NCBI GenBank assembly: GCA_010093995.1
Contig: ML992505.1
Location: 349,433 to 413,432, forward strand
From: Elsinoe ampelina
Taxonomy: Eukaryota
DNA length: 64,000 nt
Reading direction: 5' to 3'
Shown here: one piece after another, positions 12,489-24,719 of the stretch
Numbering within the stretch: the stretch's first letter is position 1
How the letters are laid out: each line of letters begins with the position of its first letter
Notes under the pieces: model-generated
What the model was told of the DNA's origin: nothing
Databases searched by the model: none
What the model saw: only the letters and a program-made list of their open reading frames with translations
Made by a program: the position numbers and the translations under genes

Positions 12489-13229
12489 TCATCTTCCATC
12501 CGACTGTCTTCTCGGATCCTGTGTTGGAGGCATACCTCCGGGAGGTCCACCAGGTCCACCAAATCCACCCGGGCCAGGACTAGGTCCTCCCATACCTGGC
12601 ATAGGGAAACCAGGCATACCACCTGGTGGTGGGAAAGGCATCCCGCCGGGAGGAGGGAATGGCATGCCTGCCGGTGGTGAACCTGCGGGTCCTCCTGGGA
12701 AAGGTGGCAGACCTCCGGGCTGGAAATGGGGCATACCATTGGGCATCGGGAAGGGTGGCATACCGCGACCTCCGGCTAGTGAAGAGTCAGCCTCTTGTGT
12801 ATATCTCGTGTTCGAACTCGACTTACGACCTGGTGGTCCTCCTGGAAAGCCGCCTGGTAGAGGAGGCATGCCGGGTGGGATCTGGAATCCTCCTGGTGGT
12901 CCATTCTGAAAGTATTGCGATGGCTGCATTGGCGGTGGCGCGCTTGAACCTGCTTCTGCATTTGCCTGAGTGATCGAGTCGATGACTGACTGTGCTCGTT
13001 CGTGTCCGATTTCTGTCCCTTGTCAAATTGTGCCTCCCAATTCCTCATCTTGATTTACGTACGTTGGTAGTAGTCTATGACATTGCGCAAATGATTTCGT
13101 CCAGAGTTGTGGGCCTTGCGGACAGACATTGAGTCGTGGGTGAGGTAGACATCGCAGTAGTCGCAAAAGTGTGCTGGGAGAGTCAGTAGGCGTCTGCATG
13201 GGTTCAAGGCAATACATATATTTCGGCAT
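12489..13229 (-). CDS. YHC1: U1 snRNP protein C (matrin-type zinc finger, Pro/Gly/Met tail)
   Basis: [50 protein letters not shown]; introns 13171-13219 (non-canonical AT-AC), 13013-13062, 12776-12826. Confidence 0.95.
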
Positions 13230-13818
13230 GTTGAACAACCAAATCAAGTGCGGTAAGATGACCTCTACACGGGAATGTGAAAAGATGTGGAATAGTAGTC
13301 TCGGAGGAGGTCGAAGAAATTGGCGTTGGAGCAACTCACTCGAGCTTGAAATCCATGCCGATCGCTGATTGGTTGCGGGACTGATATCCTTGGCATTCTG
13401 CACACCTCCGCCATCACCTAAGGACATTTCTTTCGTTGTCCGCCCTGACACGATTCCTGTATGCTCTCGGGATTTTCACATGTCAATTCTACAGGACATT
13501 TGTCTCGTTGAAAAATATGCTGGTAGTTTCGTGTGACCACGAGCCTCCAACTCTTGTGTGTCTGGCTCTTTCGCATTCGAGTCAAATTTCTCGTCCATGA
13601 TAATCGACCTACCATTATCGAACACAACAACCAATAAGCTGATGCTGCCTTCCACACGCACACACGACTCGCTCTACGTCCTGACCGTGTACCTGCATGT
13701 GCCAATATCACACTGAGGTAGCACAAGCCTTTACCGCCAGGGTCTCACATCCTCACAAACTTCATTTGTCCATACCTTTGTTCAATTCGAACAATCCAGC
13801 CTTTTCGGCAATCTCACC

Positions 13819-14272
13819 ATGGCGACTCACATCCCCGCCACCTCTGTCTGGCAAGCCATGTCCTATACTCCACCGCGAGGCAAGTGCAATTTCAAGTCCG
13901 GTCTCATGTCAGGTACATGTTCCTGCTTGCGTTTCATGCTGCACCCTGTCAAGGTACATTGTTTCCCTCCCTTATACAGTCCATGCACTCCTCTCGAGTA
14001 CTCACGTATTGCCTGTATCTCTGCGATTCTGACTAACCACATCTCAGGCTGCAACGTCCTTCGAGTGCGACGGCTGCTCCCACCACGCATCATTCCACCT
14101 GATGGAGAACCCGGAAGAGAATGCGATTATCGAGCGCTGGGCAAACGCCGAAGAGAACCGTGAGACAGCACTAGTGCCACTGGGCAGACGTGTGAACGTT
14201 GGTAATGCCAGTGAGGGAACCAGTGGGGGAGCAGGAACGAAGCGCAGGAGAGTGGCAAATGGGGAGTCCTGA
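13819..14272 (+). CDS. Small (119 aa) Cys/His-rich putative zinc-binding protein
   Basis: Exon 13819-13953, intron 13954-14047 (GTACAT...ACTAAC...CAG), exon 14048-14272: RGKCNFKSGLMSGTCSCLRFMLHPVK/AATSFECDGCSHHASFHLMENPEE...KRRR. Confidence 0.8.
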
Positions 14273-14663
14273 GCTGTGCCTCGAGCAACTTGTCAGGTAG
14301 AAAAGCTCAAGTGGTGCAGGGAAGTATCTGGGCTTGCGTGGCATTCGAGGCATATGACAGCGTCGGCGATTGGAAGGCTCTATACACACGAGCATCGAAC
14401 AACACGTTGGGCGCTCAACAAGGCTCTCCAATCGAGATCTCGCTGCAGCATGTGTGGTACTTCATAGCGAGCGACAGCACACAGCTGTACTGTGAGAACC
14501 TGCGGTCGTCTCAACCGCTGCAGGGTCGCCAGCCACCTCGCTCCACCGCATCGGTCCAGACAATTCTATCCAACGAGCAGACATATAGACACGTCCCCCG
14601 ATCTTAGATTAGCGCCTCTTGATCCATCTCTGTGACGTGCCTGGCCTCCGGTACCCAATCCCC

Positions 14664-15055
14664 TCCTCCGCTGGCTTATCGGTGCAGATACAGTTGAGCA
14701 CCTGCATACCTCACATGCCCATCATACAATTCCACATCCACTGCAGCGCAAGAGAACGTCTCATCGGCTCACCGGTACACATATGGTTAGACACCTGCGT
14801 ACTTCGCATGTCCATCCTGTGACTGCACATCGAATGCCGCATAGTGCTCTAGATAGATGATCCCATCATTCCATCGATGCAAGTACAGTCGATAATCCGC
14901 ATCCCTCACATGCCCTTCACGCAACTGTACATCCGGCGCAGCCCACTGCTCCAAACCAACCCTCCTCATCGGCTCAGCGGTGCAAACACAGTTAGACACC
15001 TGCATGCCTCGCAAACTCATCACACACCGCACATCCGATGCAGTAGTGCGGTCGA
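14664..15055. repeat. Degenerate tandem repeat, four units of ~100 bp
   Basis: Units start near 14664, 14760, 14862, 14965 and share a core like CTCATCGGCTCA.CGGT.CA...CAGTTAGACACCTGCAT.CCTC.CATG.CCATC...CACATCC. Confidence 0.7.
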
Positions 15056-16020
15056 CGACGCCGCATTCATATGGGGAAGCACGGCATCCACTCCTGCATG
15101 TACTGTAATGCTCGACCAGTGAACACAAAGCCCACCGAGCCCGACCGAAGCTGGCAACAACCCGTCAGGTGCTTCGCAAAGAGAGCGCCACATGTGCGTG
15201 CCTGGACGACGGGATCCATATCCCGGTCATTCGGGCGACGGGGGGGGGCAGCACGTCGACAGTAGCTGATCCTCCACGCGCCACGAGCCGCACGGTGGTC
15301 GTCGAGCGCCCTGCACAGCACGTCGTCGTGCCTGTAGTGTACAGTACCCTTTACAGTACCTCTCCCATTCCCAGATCCAGGAAGTCCGTACCGAGAACGC
15401 TGCGGCAGGACAATAATAATCAAGCATGAATATCCTCGCGACGATTTCTTGCGCCGCGATGTTTCCCACCGCGGGACAGGCTGTTTTAACGGCGGGGGGG
15501 GGGTTCGGCGATCCCGTGGCGAAGAGCAGCAGGTTTAACCATCGCTTGCAGGAAAGCTCGGGTCTTCGGGAGGGGGGCATTTTTTTCAACGACGTTCGAA
15601 CAAACTGTGGGCGGCGCGTGGGGCGCAAGGTTTTGGGGGACACGCGGTGGGCCACGTGGTGACGTCGCTGTTTGCGGTTGATGATCTTGGGTGATTGGTA
15701 AGGCGATGATGGGCGAGATGGGAGGGATGGGGAATTTTAAAACGGCAGGAGTGTGTTTGGTAGTATTCATTCAAGCCGTGTAAGAAAGTGGTAATGATGA
15801 GGCCCAGCTTTTTATCAAGTGGCTGTCCGGCAGCTTGTGAAATCAAGTGCAATATGCACATCGCGCCTCATGATAAAGATTGCAATAGCCGTCGTTCCCT
15901 CCCAAGACGGTACGCTATGCTTCGGAGTCTCCGCTGTACCCCTCATGCCCAATGCCCTGCCCGTTGGATATCTGATCATGAGTCGTAGATTGTCGTTGAC
16001 CGCTTTTGCATGTATGCTCG

Positions 16021-16713
16021 CTACCGAGTCCCTGGTCGCAGCATCTGTAATATAACGGCTAGTGATGGGTCTTCGACTAGCCACTTGCCTTGTGCCGTAT
16101 CTGCCGCTCGCAAGGTGTATTCAACGCGAGCATCTGTGATGGCAGCGATCTCCTTGGTCTATGGTTAGAAGGGTCATGGTAATAAAGCGATCAGTCTTAC
16201 ATTGCGATATGTTTGGCTGATCTGCGCAAGTGCTCTCGCATGTTCAGGCTTCGGTTGACCGCCTTTGAGGATGCTCTGCCTTGCTGATATCCATTTTCGA
16301 CAGGCGACGACGCGCATGTATATCTTTTGAGCCTTGAACCGACGAAGACTTGCATCCATGATGATCCTGTTGGCCATTAGCGACGTGTCAGACGTGATAC
16401 ACTCTACGACATACTGTCTGAGTTGTGCTTTCTCCCTCTCGACGTCGCCACGAGGATTGCTGGTCGTACTGCTGTATGGCTGATTGACGAGGGAAACCGC
16501 TTCACTGAGGCATTGACGAATGACAAGGTAGCCCTCCAGGTTGGCTTCTTGACGCGGTATCTGAGGTCGAACACCGGCGAGATATGTCTGCAATGTTCGG
16601 AAGTCCTGAATGATCTCTGCGACACGCATGGCTCTGACATGGTTGACTTGAGCAAAGGTCAGTCAACGAGCCCGTGTGCAGGCGTGTTATAAGTACGTAC
16701 GGCCGTCGGCCAT
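16021..16713 (-). CDS. Small fungal protein of unknown function (~165 aa)
   Basis: Spliced reading MADGRT/AMRVAEIIQDFRTLQ...AQLRQ/IIMDASLRRFKAQKIY...YRN/EIAAITDARVEYTLRAADTAQGKWLVEDPSL; three GT-AG introns. Confidence 0.78.
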
Positions 16714-17770
16714 GATACCTCACTCTGGTAGGAAGTCGACTGATATAGATGAGAAAGTGGCGGCAGGAAGGGCATTGGCCTTGTGTTGTCGCCCCTGTTT
16801 GCTCGTGATCATGTGGCCGGGCTGCTCATGATATATATCGATTGTATCCTTCTGTGTAACCTGACCACCAACGCTTACAAGGTGTAGACGTGCAGTGAAG
16901 ACGGCATATAAGAAACGCAAAAGGTGGCATGACAACACAACACGTACAAGGAAATATGGAAAACAAGCCTCCTGATTGAAAGAGAGTTCGCAGTGGGACA
17001 GCTGGGAATCATAAACCGCTGGCGAATGGGATTGGAGAAGCAGAAGACCAAGAGTCCAAACGAGCAATGCGAGATGTCCTAGCATAGCTGTCAACGACAT
17101 TGTGTGGACGCCATCTGTCTTGCATTCGTCAAGACTTGACCCATGTAGCGGCCTGATTGTCGACGATGCACGCGGACCGCATGGATCGAGGGTCGACTAC
17201 CGCGGACAGGCGTCTCTAAATCGGTTAGACCTGTGATACTTTTGTCGTGTTCAGCCTCCATCAACGACAAGGTTGACCGAAAGAGGTTGAGAAGAAAAGC
17301 CATCTGCTGAAACGGTCGCGTAGGTGTGCATGTTGAAGGTGGGCACGGATAACGGAGATGTGACGATATGGCTCGCTGACACTGACAGGAGCGTTACCGG
17401 CCGGCTGCAGTGTAGCCGCATGAGCTCAGACATACGGGACGACTTGCCAGGAACTGACGACGTGACTTCGCAAAGGTCAGATAAACGATAATTATGGCTT
17501 CCTAGGGCTGCGAGCTAGAGACAAAGTAGATGCGGCGTGGTTGGAATGAGACTTTGAGGCGCACGTCGCGCTGACTTTGACCTTTGCGGCTGACGCTTCC
17601 GAGCCAATCACACAATCACGACACACGAGTACCACGACTTGCACCTGCATGATCATGCCAGCGTACATGGCTGTGTGAGACATGACCATGATATCTGTGG
17701 CTTGACTTCGAGCGGCTGGTAGTTTGTTCGGGTGGTATACGGCATTCGTGACAGCTTTCGACCCTTTCCC

Positions 17771-18735
17771 CTAGTCCTTCTCGGCTATGGCTTGTAGCCT
17801 CTCGTCAATCTCTTCCTCAGTCAGCGACCGGAAGTTCGTATCCGTGCCCTCCTTCCCGTCCGTCCTAGGTCCACCGACGATACCAATCTCGATCTCTCCC
17901 TTCTTGAAGTCCACGCTGAGCACTGTGCTGAGTGCCGTAATCGCGAGCTCGACCACCTCATCCCAAGTTCCCTCTGCATGCTCCTTGTTCTTCAGCTTCT
18001 TCTCCAAGAAGTTGAGAGCTTCCTGCGCCTTTGGTCCTGACGCTGTGGCTTTGTAACCGACATAGTATCCTGCTGGGTCACACTTGTACAACTGTGGGCC
18101 GTATTCCGAGTCGACAGAGATAAGCGTCGTCGCTACACCAAGTGGTCGCATGTAAGCCTGTGGTCGATGTCAGATACATCATCGTTGCCTGCGCGGAGAC
18201 GTTCCTACCCTCTGTGTGTAGATCTGGGAGATGTTTGCGATCCTCTTGGACAGCACGTCGCACGGCATCTCATATCCATACTTGTACTTGAATTCAGCTG
18301 CCTCACTCCTTGCTCTTGTGACCGAAGCGCGCGCGTCCGCTATCGAGCCGGTCAAGACGCATCCGACTGAAGGCGAGATCTTGAAGATGTAGGAGACGGA
18401 CGACGGGTCGATGAGCTTGTCCTGCAACAGTGTATCAGCGTGGGCTTACGTAGAGCCTTCAAGTATCACTGACCGGAACCTTCTTCTGTGAGATGACCAC
18501 TGCGCAATTCTTCCCTCTCACGCCGACGGAAGTGATGTTTGCGGCAGTGATGGCCTTGAATGCATATTCTGGCTAGACTCAGTATCGAGGGGACATTGAG
18601 GGCGAGATCATGACATACCGACTTGATAGAGACGCCCTTGATCTGAGAAGATGGTGATGTGACGATCATACATGGAACCTTGATTGATTAGCTTATATGA
18701 TGAAGCTGTTGTATTTGCGAGCACTCACCCGACAT
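17771..18735 (-). CDS. SCL1: 20S proteasome subunit alpha-1
   Basis: [72 protein letters not shown]; four introns. Confidence 0.96.
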
Positions 18736-19046
18736 GGCGGGCAGCTACTGTCGCGAAGACCTCAGCTGAGTTGGAAGGTATCGTGTAAGGTGATGTGCAG
18801 TATTAGAATTCGGAGTGGTCGACGTCGATGATGATGGATGGTGGTCTTGCGTGGTTACGTGTAGCTGTCTGCCTTACTTCGCGAAACGGAAACGATCCAG
18901 GAGCTCTGTCGGAGCTCACATCAGTTCACGCCGACTTCGAGATCCATCGAGCCAATCAGCGTGTGGCATCAAAACCTTATTTGTGATCTTCCATAAATTT
19001 CAATGCTCAAATTGAAGTTGCATGTAATTTAGCACAACACCGGAAT

Positions 19047-20338
19047 ATGTCTGCCACACCCGATTCCGCCCGTGTACCTGCTTGGAAGCGATTGGGTTTG
19101 AAGCTGAAGAATCCTCAAGCCCAATCCCAGCCCAGTGTAGTGAATACCACACAGTCCTCACTGCAAGCAAGCACTCCAGCACAAGATTCTCCAACAACTA
19201 CGAATGGCAATTCGCATCTGAAGAAATCCAGTTCTCACGAGGTATTGTCTATGAATGGCCATGAGAGTGGTTCGAAGAAGCGAAAACGACAAAGCGAATC
19301 GACTTCCATATTATCACATGCCTCTTTGCCTCCCGACACAACCACAACGGCCGATTATTCCATCAAACCCTCTCACAAACAGTAAGCATATGTGCTCACA
19401 TTTCATGAGCATGGCAAGACTTTTGCTAGTCTGCTTTGCCGGACAACCATCGTTCATGTCGCTAACGATGGAGTAGACCAAATGATGAACGCAGCAACGA
19501 GTCGCAACCACGGAAGAAGCGCTCAAAGTCAGTGACGTTCTCCCAAGATACCAAGCCTGAGGACGGCGATAGTACGAAGTTGTTCGGCGCCCCATCAACA
19601 GATCCGGAACCAATTACCAACGGCGAAGTAGCCATATCAAACCAGAATCAAGCAGAATTTCCAGCAGAAGCTTCCGAAAAGAAGCCCAAAGAGCGCAAAG
19701 CCCGAAACAAAGACAAGCTCGCCACACTTCCGACGTATGTGCAATATCTCGAGCAATTTCACGCCGACCGAGCAAACTGGAAATTCAACAAGTCCAAGCA
19801 AAACGACATTCTCAAGAACATCTGGAACACCTACCGCATACCACCGTCACACAACAACGCTCTTGTCGCCTACATCAAAGGTCTTCAAGGCCAAGCTGCT
19901 CGAAAACGTATCTCGGACGAGGCAAAAGCTCGTCTCCACAAGATCATGCCCACCGCGGAAGAACGAGCGGCATGGGATCGCCGGGCTCTTCACCGCCGCT
20001 TGCACGCCAAAGGCGTGGATGCCACCGACGAGGAGATCGACGAAGTATACGCCAACCTCAATCAGGCCCAAATCGATGAGCTAGTCCGAATCGAGCGAGT
20101 ACTTAGAGAAGCGCTTGAAGAAGAATTAGGCCTCAACGAGCCCGAGGCCAACGGTAAAAGTACTACCAGAAAGGCCAGAAAGTCAAGGACGACGGCGGAA
20201 GACTCTGCATCCAGCTCCGAATCAAGCAGTGAATCCAGCGATGAAACTACCAGCAGCGAGGAGTCCAGTTCGGAGGAAGACGATTCAGACGACGATAGTG
20301 ACAGTTCTGGTAGTACCAGCGAGGGGGAGGAGGCCTAG
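19047..20338 (+). CDS. WKF-domain protein (DUF2373/C7orf50-like, probably nucleolar)
   Basis: N-terminal RVPAWKRLGLKLK; YLEQF...NWKFNKSKQNDILKN...YIKGLQG; intron 19382-19476 joins the ORFs in frame; Ser/acidic tail. Confidence 0.85.
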
Positions 20339-20630
20339 GAGGATGCTAAGGGTACGGTGAAGAAGGGGCACAACAGGTAGTTCTGGTAGTTACTACCCTC
20401 AATACCTACCAGACGAATGCACCGGAACCGCGTCGCACGACGAATCACTACCAGCTACCACCCAACCAGCCATGATCAAATCTTCATTTCGACCTCACTA
20501 CTACAGTCAAAAAGGGGTATACCGCTCCACCTCAGCACTCCCTCCCTCCTCTGCCCTCCCTGCGACCTCTTCCCTGTTCCCTTCGTCCCTCCCATGCCCT
20601 CCCCGTCCATCTCCCCTCCACCCAACCACC

Positions 20631-23600
20631 TCACGTCCCCGCCCCACCCGCCGTGCCCTCCTCCCTCCCACCATCCCTCTTCTCCTCCCGCCTCTCCCTT
20701 TCCCTCTCCCGCCCCTGCCCCCTCCTCCTCCTCACCGGCCTATAAACATCATTGAAATTCATCACCACCCCCAAAAACCGCATATCCGTGTCCTGCTGAT
20801 ACGCCAAATCCCCCAACAAAACATTCACCCTCGCTCTGAAATCAGTCTCCAGCTGCGCGAGCCGTCGATCAATCCCTTTCACCCCCTCCTCCTGATCCTG
20901 CCCTCCGTCGTCAGGCATAGGAATCAACGGCGCGCCATCCAACGCCTTCGACCCCGTGACTCTTGTCGAGGAACGGGACGGCGGGTCGAGGTCATCGATG
21001 CCCCACCTCCCTTGCACGGTTCGCGATGTGATGTCACGGCGATGGTCGGATGAGCGGGTGAATTCCGCGAGAGAGTGGGAGTAGAGGGCGTCGATGGTGT
21101 CTTTGTACGCCAGCATGAGTTTGAGGAGTTCGTGGAGTTGGGAGGTGAAGTCGGCGATGGGGTGGGTGGAGGTGGCGGTGGTGGGGTGAGAGGGGGCTAG
21201 GAGGCCCTTGCGCGTGATGTTGTGGAGGTAGGTGGTGTGGGCTGTGATGAGGGTGTCGAGGGTTGCGGAGGGCTGGAGGGGGGAAGTTAGTGGGTGAGGA
21301 TATAGGGGGAGAAGGGGGGTAAGGGGTACCTTGGCCATTTCGGATTTGAGCTTTTCCCAGCCGCTTTCGATCACTTCGAAGAGAATGTAGTATTGGAGTT
21401 GGCCGACGAGGTGGACCATGGCGGCTAGGCCGCCGCGGGCGCGCTTCCATGCTTCTTTGAGGTCTTGGGAGGCTTCGTCTTCGTCGTTGGGTTTCTTGTT
21501 CCGTTTGCCTTCGCCGACGAAGCGGAGAACGCCTCTGCTGCCGGTCATGCATCGGCCCCATACTTGGCCTAGGGTGAATTCGACCCGCTTGATTCTCCAT
21601 AGGAAGTTGAAGATCTTCAAATACTGCTTTTGTGCCCAAGGTCCGACGACAACATCCAAAGGTGAGTCCATGCGGTACTCGAGCGTGAAGACGTCCCATC
21701 CTATCTCGCCGTGGCTTAGCTCTAGCATTCTGGCATCAAGTCTTCTTGTGATGTCTGGCGCTTCATACTGTGCATTCGAGTTCCGGATCGAATGGTCGAG
21801 CGCTGACGTCAAATGATGGCGATACTGAGCATTTGCAGGAGCATCCAGATTAGCAGCCAGAGATTCCAGTAAGATGGCGATAAAATCTCCCTGTCCAAGT
21901 AGCAGGTACTTCTTGAGCGCGGATAAGTGGTCGAAGAGGTGGAACTTGTTAGACATGAGCTCTAATACACGAGCTGTCGTCTCCTTGTAAGCCGCGTTGA
22001 TAGATGATTGCAGTGTTGTAGGATCCGAGAATGACAGGGACCGCGATGAGCGAGCAGTGTAGGATTCAACCCACGTGGCGTCCAGACATGACGAGCGGAT
22101 GAAGTTGAGCGACTTGCCGATCAGGAACACCTGCGAGGCTTGCTCAGGCGCCATGATGGACGGGACGAGGGTGTTGTCAAGCTCATACTTGTCCGTCCAG
22201 ACTGAAGTGGGTGTCGATGTATCGATATCTGGTTTCTCCACGACGAAAAACTCCGAGAATGGGTCCTGAAGATCGCCGCTGAAGATCCAGTGTTGCAGCA
22301 TGATGTAGAAAGGCTCCGTGACTTTATGTAGCAGTCGATTTGCAAAGCTGTGTACAAATGGATCTCCGTGAGATATCGACAGGTCGTGGATCAGAGTAAT
22401 CAGATGCCCTCCTTTTTTGCCACTGGCCTCTTCGACAATGACATTCATCAGCCGTAATCCCAAGGTGGCATCTCTCGTCCAGACCACGCATCTCTTCAGG
22501 GTCACCCCTGCCTTTCCCAAGCTCTGTCTTGACATGCTTTGATCGACCTGTGCAAGCGCTTTTCGTATGTGATTCTCCAGAGTCGCTACCAGTCCGAGAT
22601 ATGATTTGAGCTCTTCACCGATCGCAGATCTCAGACTCTGCCCTACCAGTCCGCCTTCATCACCATCCACGAATCTCGCCAGCCTTCTGTACAGCAGGCC
22701 TGGCTCCGCGAGAGCATGTAGCAGACTCACCAGAGGTACTGGGAGACCTCTCGGCAGACTCAGCGTCTTTTCATCCTGAAACGGCAAGTGTGTGCTCTCC
22801 AGACCCTGCAGCGTGAAGGGTAAATCTCTCAACAGCTCTGCTTCTTTCGGTTCCGCTGGCGCCAACACCTTTGGTATGTCTTGCTCTTGACTCTCATTCG
22901 CCCTTTGTCCTCCTGGCCGCAGCGTATGCCTCTCCCTCCTCTCCCTCAGACGGGGGCTTTCTCCGCCCTCTCGTGGTATCCGTGTCGGGCCCCTCCTCGG
23001 GAACCCCTCTCTCGGCGCATCTCTTGACTCCCTACTCGACACTCTTTCCCTTAGTCTCTCCTGTTCTGCACCTCCGCGAACACCCTCCCCATCCTGCCCA
23101 CTGTCGCCTCTCACTCTTGTCCTTGTCCTTGCTGGCAGTGGAGCCGAGGCCTTCTCTAGTCCTTCCTTGACCTTGTCCACATCCATCTCTGCCAGGCGAT
23201 ATAGGAAGTACAAAATCCCCCACTTCTGACCCAGCACAGGTTGCGTCAAGAGCCTGCTGTATAAGCTCGAGAACTTGGTCGCTTTTTCCGGCCGTCCTGT
23301 ATCCCGCACTAGTTTCGCTCGTATCAGATCCGCGGCATGGGATGTGTCTTCTCGTGTCTGTTTCTCGGCGGGATCGACTTCTGTAGAAAGTGTTAGCGAC
23401 ATCGCCCTTACGCGCGCTTTCCACCCTATCGCGTGCACCCCCGCCAGCCCATGTGTCTTCGTCGCCGTCTCTACTACTCCATGGTCCGGCGCTCCTGCGT
23501 CCACCAGAGCTGTCCTCCTTGCGCCTGTCCCAAGACCCCCTGACTTCCCTCTTGCTCCTCCCAATCACAGGTTCCTCGGACAGCTCCTCCCACACTGCAC

Positions 23601-23972
23601 TTCTCCATCCCGCTCCCCTGCCTTCTCCGCGCCGCACCTGTCCCCTCCCCCTCCTCTTCCCTGCCCCTCCTCCCCTCCCCTCTTCCCCATCCTATCCTCC
23701 CCTCCACCCCTCCCTCCACATCCCCCTCCTCCACCATCCTCCTCCCCTCCCCTTCCTCCGCGCCAAACCCCCATGTCAACCCACCACAACCCCCCAAATG
23801 GAATATCCTTACCTATAAGCCGTCTAGCCAACCCCACCGCCTCCTCCCACCTCCCGTCCTCGTTCCCCTCCTCCTCCTCCTCCTCCTCCTCTCCTCGGCC
23901 CGTCAAAGGCGGCACCAGCCGCGACACAAGCTGCTGCAACGCGTCATCTACGCGCTGTTCTCGTGAGCCCAT
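20631..23972 (-). CDS. SPC98: Gamma-tubulin complex component GCP3/Spc98
   Basis: LLRDLPFTLQG, HGDPFV, LKKYLLLGQGDF, GWDVFTLEY, YLKIFNFLWRIKRVE, QYYILFEVIE; introns 23381-23812 and 21273-21329. Confidence 0.93.
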
Positions 23973-24719
23973 TCTCGTGGTTGTTTAGTCGCATGGGTGC
24001 GGCGCGCGAGGTGAAAGGTGTGGTGGATGCGCGACGCGATTGTCCGGGAGTTTTGTGGTGGTGTTGTGGAGCCTTGCGGGCGGGCTTGAGGTCGCGGGCC
24101 TGGGGCGAGTTTGCGCCGGATTTGCGGGGCCGTGAACTACTTCACAAGCTGCATGGAATAGTTTTTGTCGCGAGAGGTGCAGGACGATGGATAGGCGCAA
24201 GACACTCAAAGACAAGGGCCGGAGATGGAAATGTCAACCTGATTAATTTAAAAACAGAGTAATCTACAACATCCCATTCTGGTCCCGCGTGAGCTTACTC
24301 CACGAACACATCCACCCATTCAGTATAGAAGCTTTGGTAAGATAGAGAGAGAATGAATCCATGTTCTTCGTCACAAATACATCAAGGACAGTGTAAGAGA
24401 CTGTGTTTCGGTAGCCACCCATGTGGTGACGGTCGAGAGGAGTCTGCTCTGCAACCGTCATTGCCACTCCCCGCCATCTTCCTTCCCCCAGTCCTCTGTG
24501 GGTATGCGTGTGTGTACTGTGTTCTGGTAGTTTTTCGGTGTTTGGTACTACCAACCTGCGCGAGACTCCTAGCCAGAACTCCGGTGATGAGCAAATGGTA
24601 ACAAAACGCCTTGACTGCGCCTACTCCCGTGTTATGTACAACGTTCCCTCTCCGCTGCGACCCTTGTCGTTGGATTATGGACCAAAATTGTCGGCCCAGT
24701 AAATGTCGGCGAGGGGAAT

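Noticed and set aside
14300..16000. Telomerase RNA or other known ncRNA in the gene-free interval
   Set aside because: No TAACCCTAA template and no RNase P/MRP, snRNA or tRNA motifs found by eye.
20631..23564. 977-aa ORF start MGGARGKSGG as the Spc98 N-terminus
   Set aside because: Begins at a TTG inside intron 1; the real start is ATG 23972.
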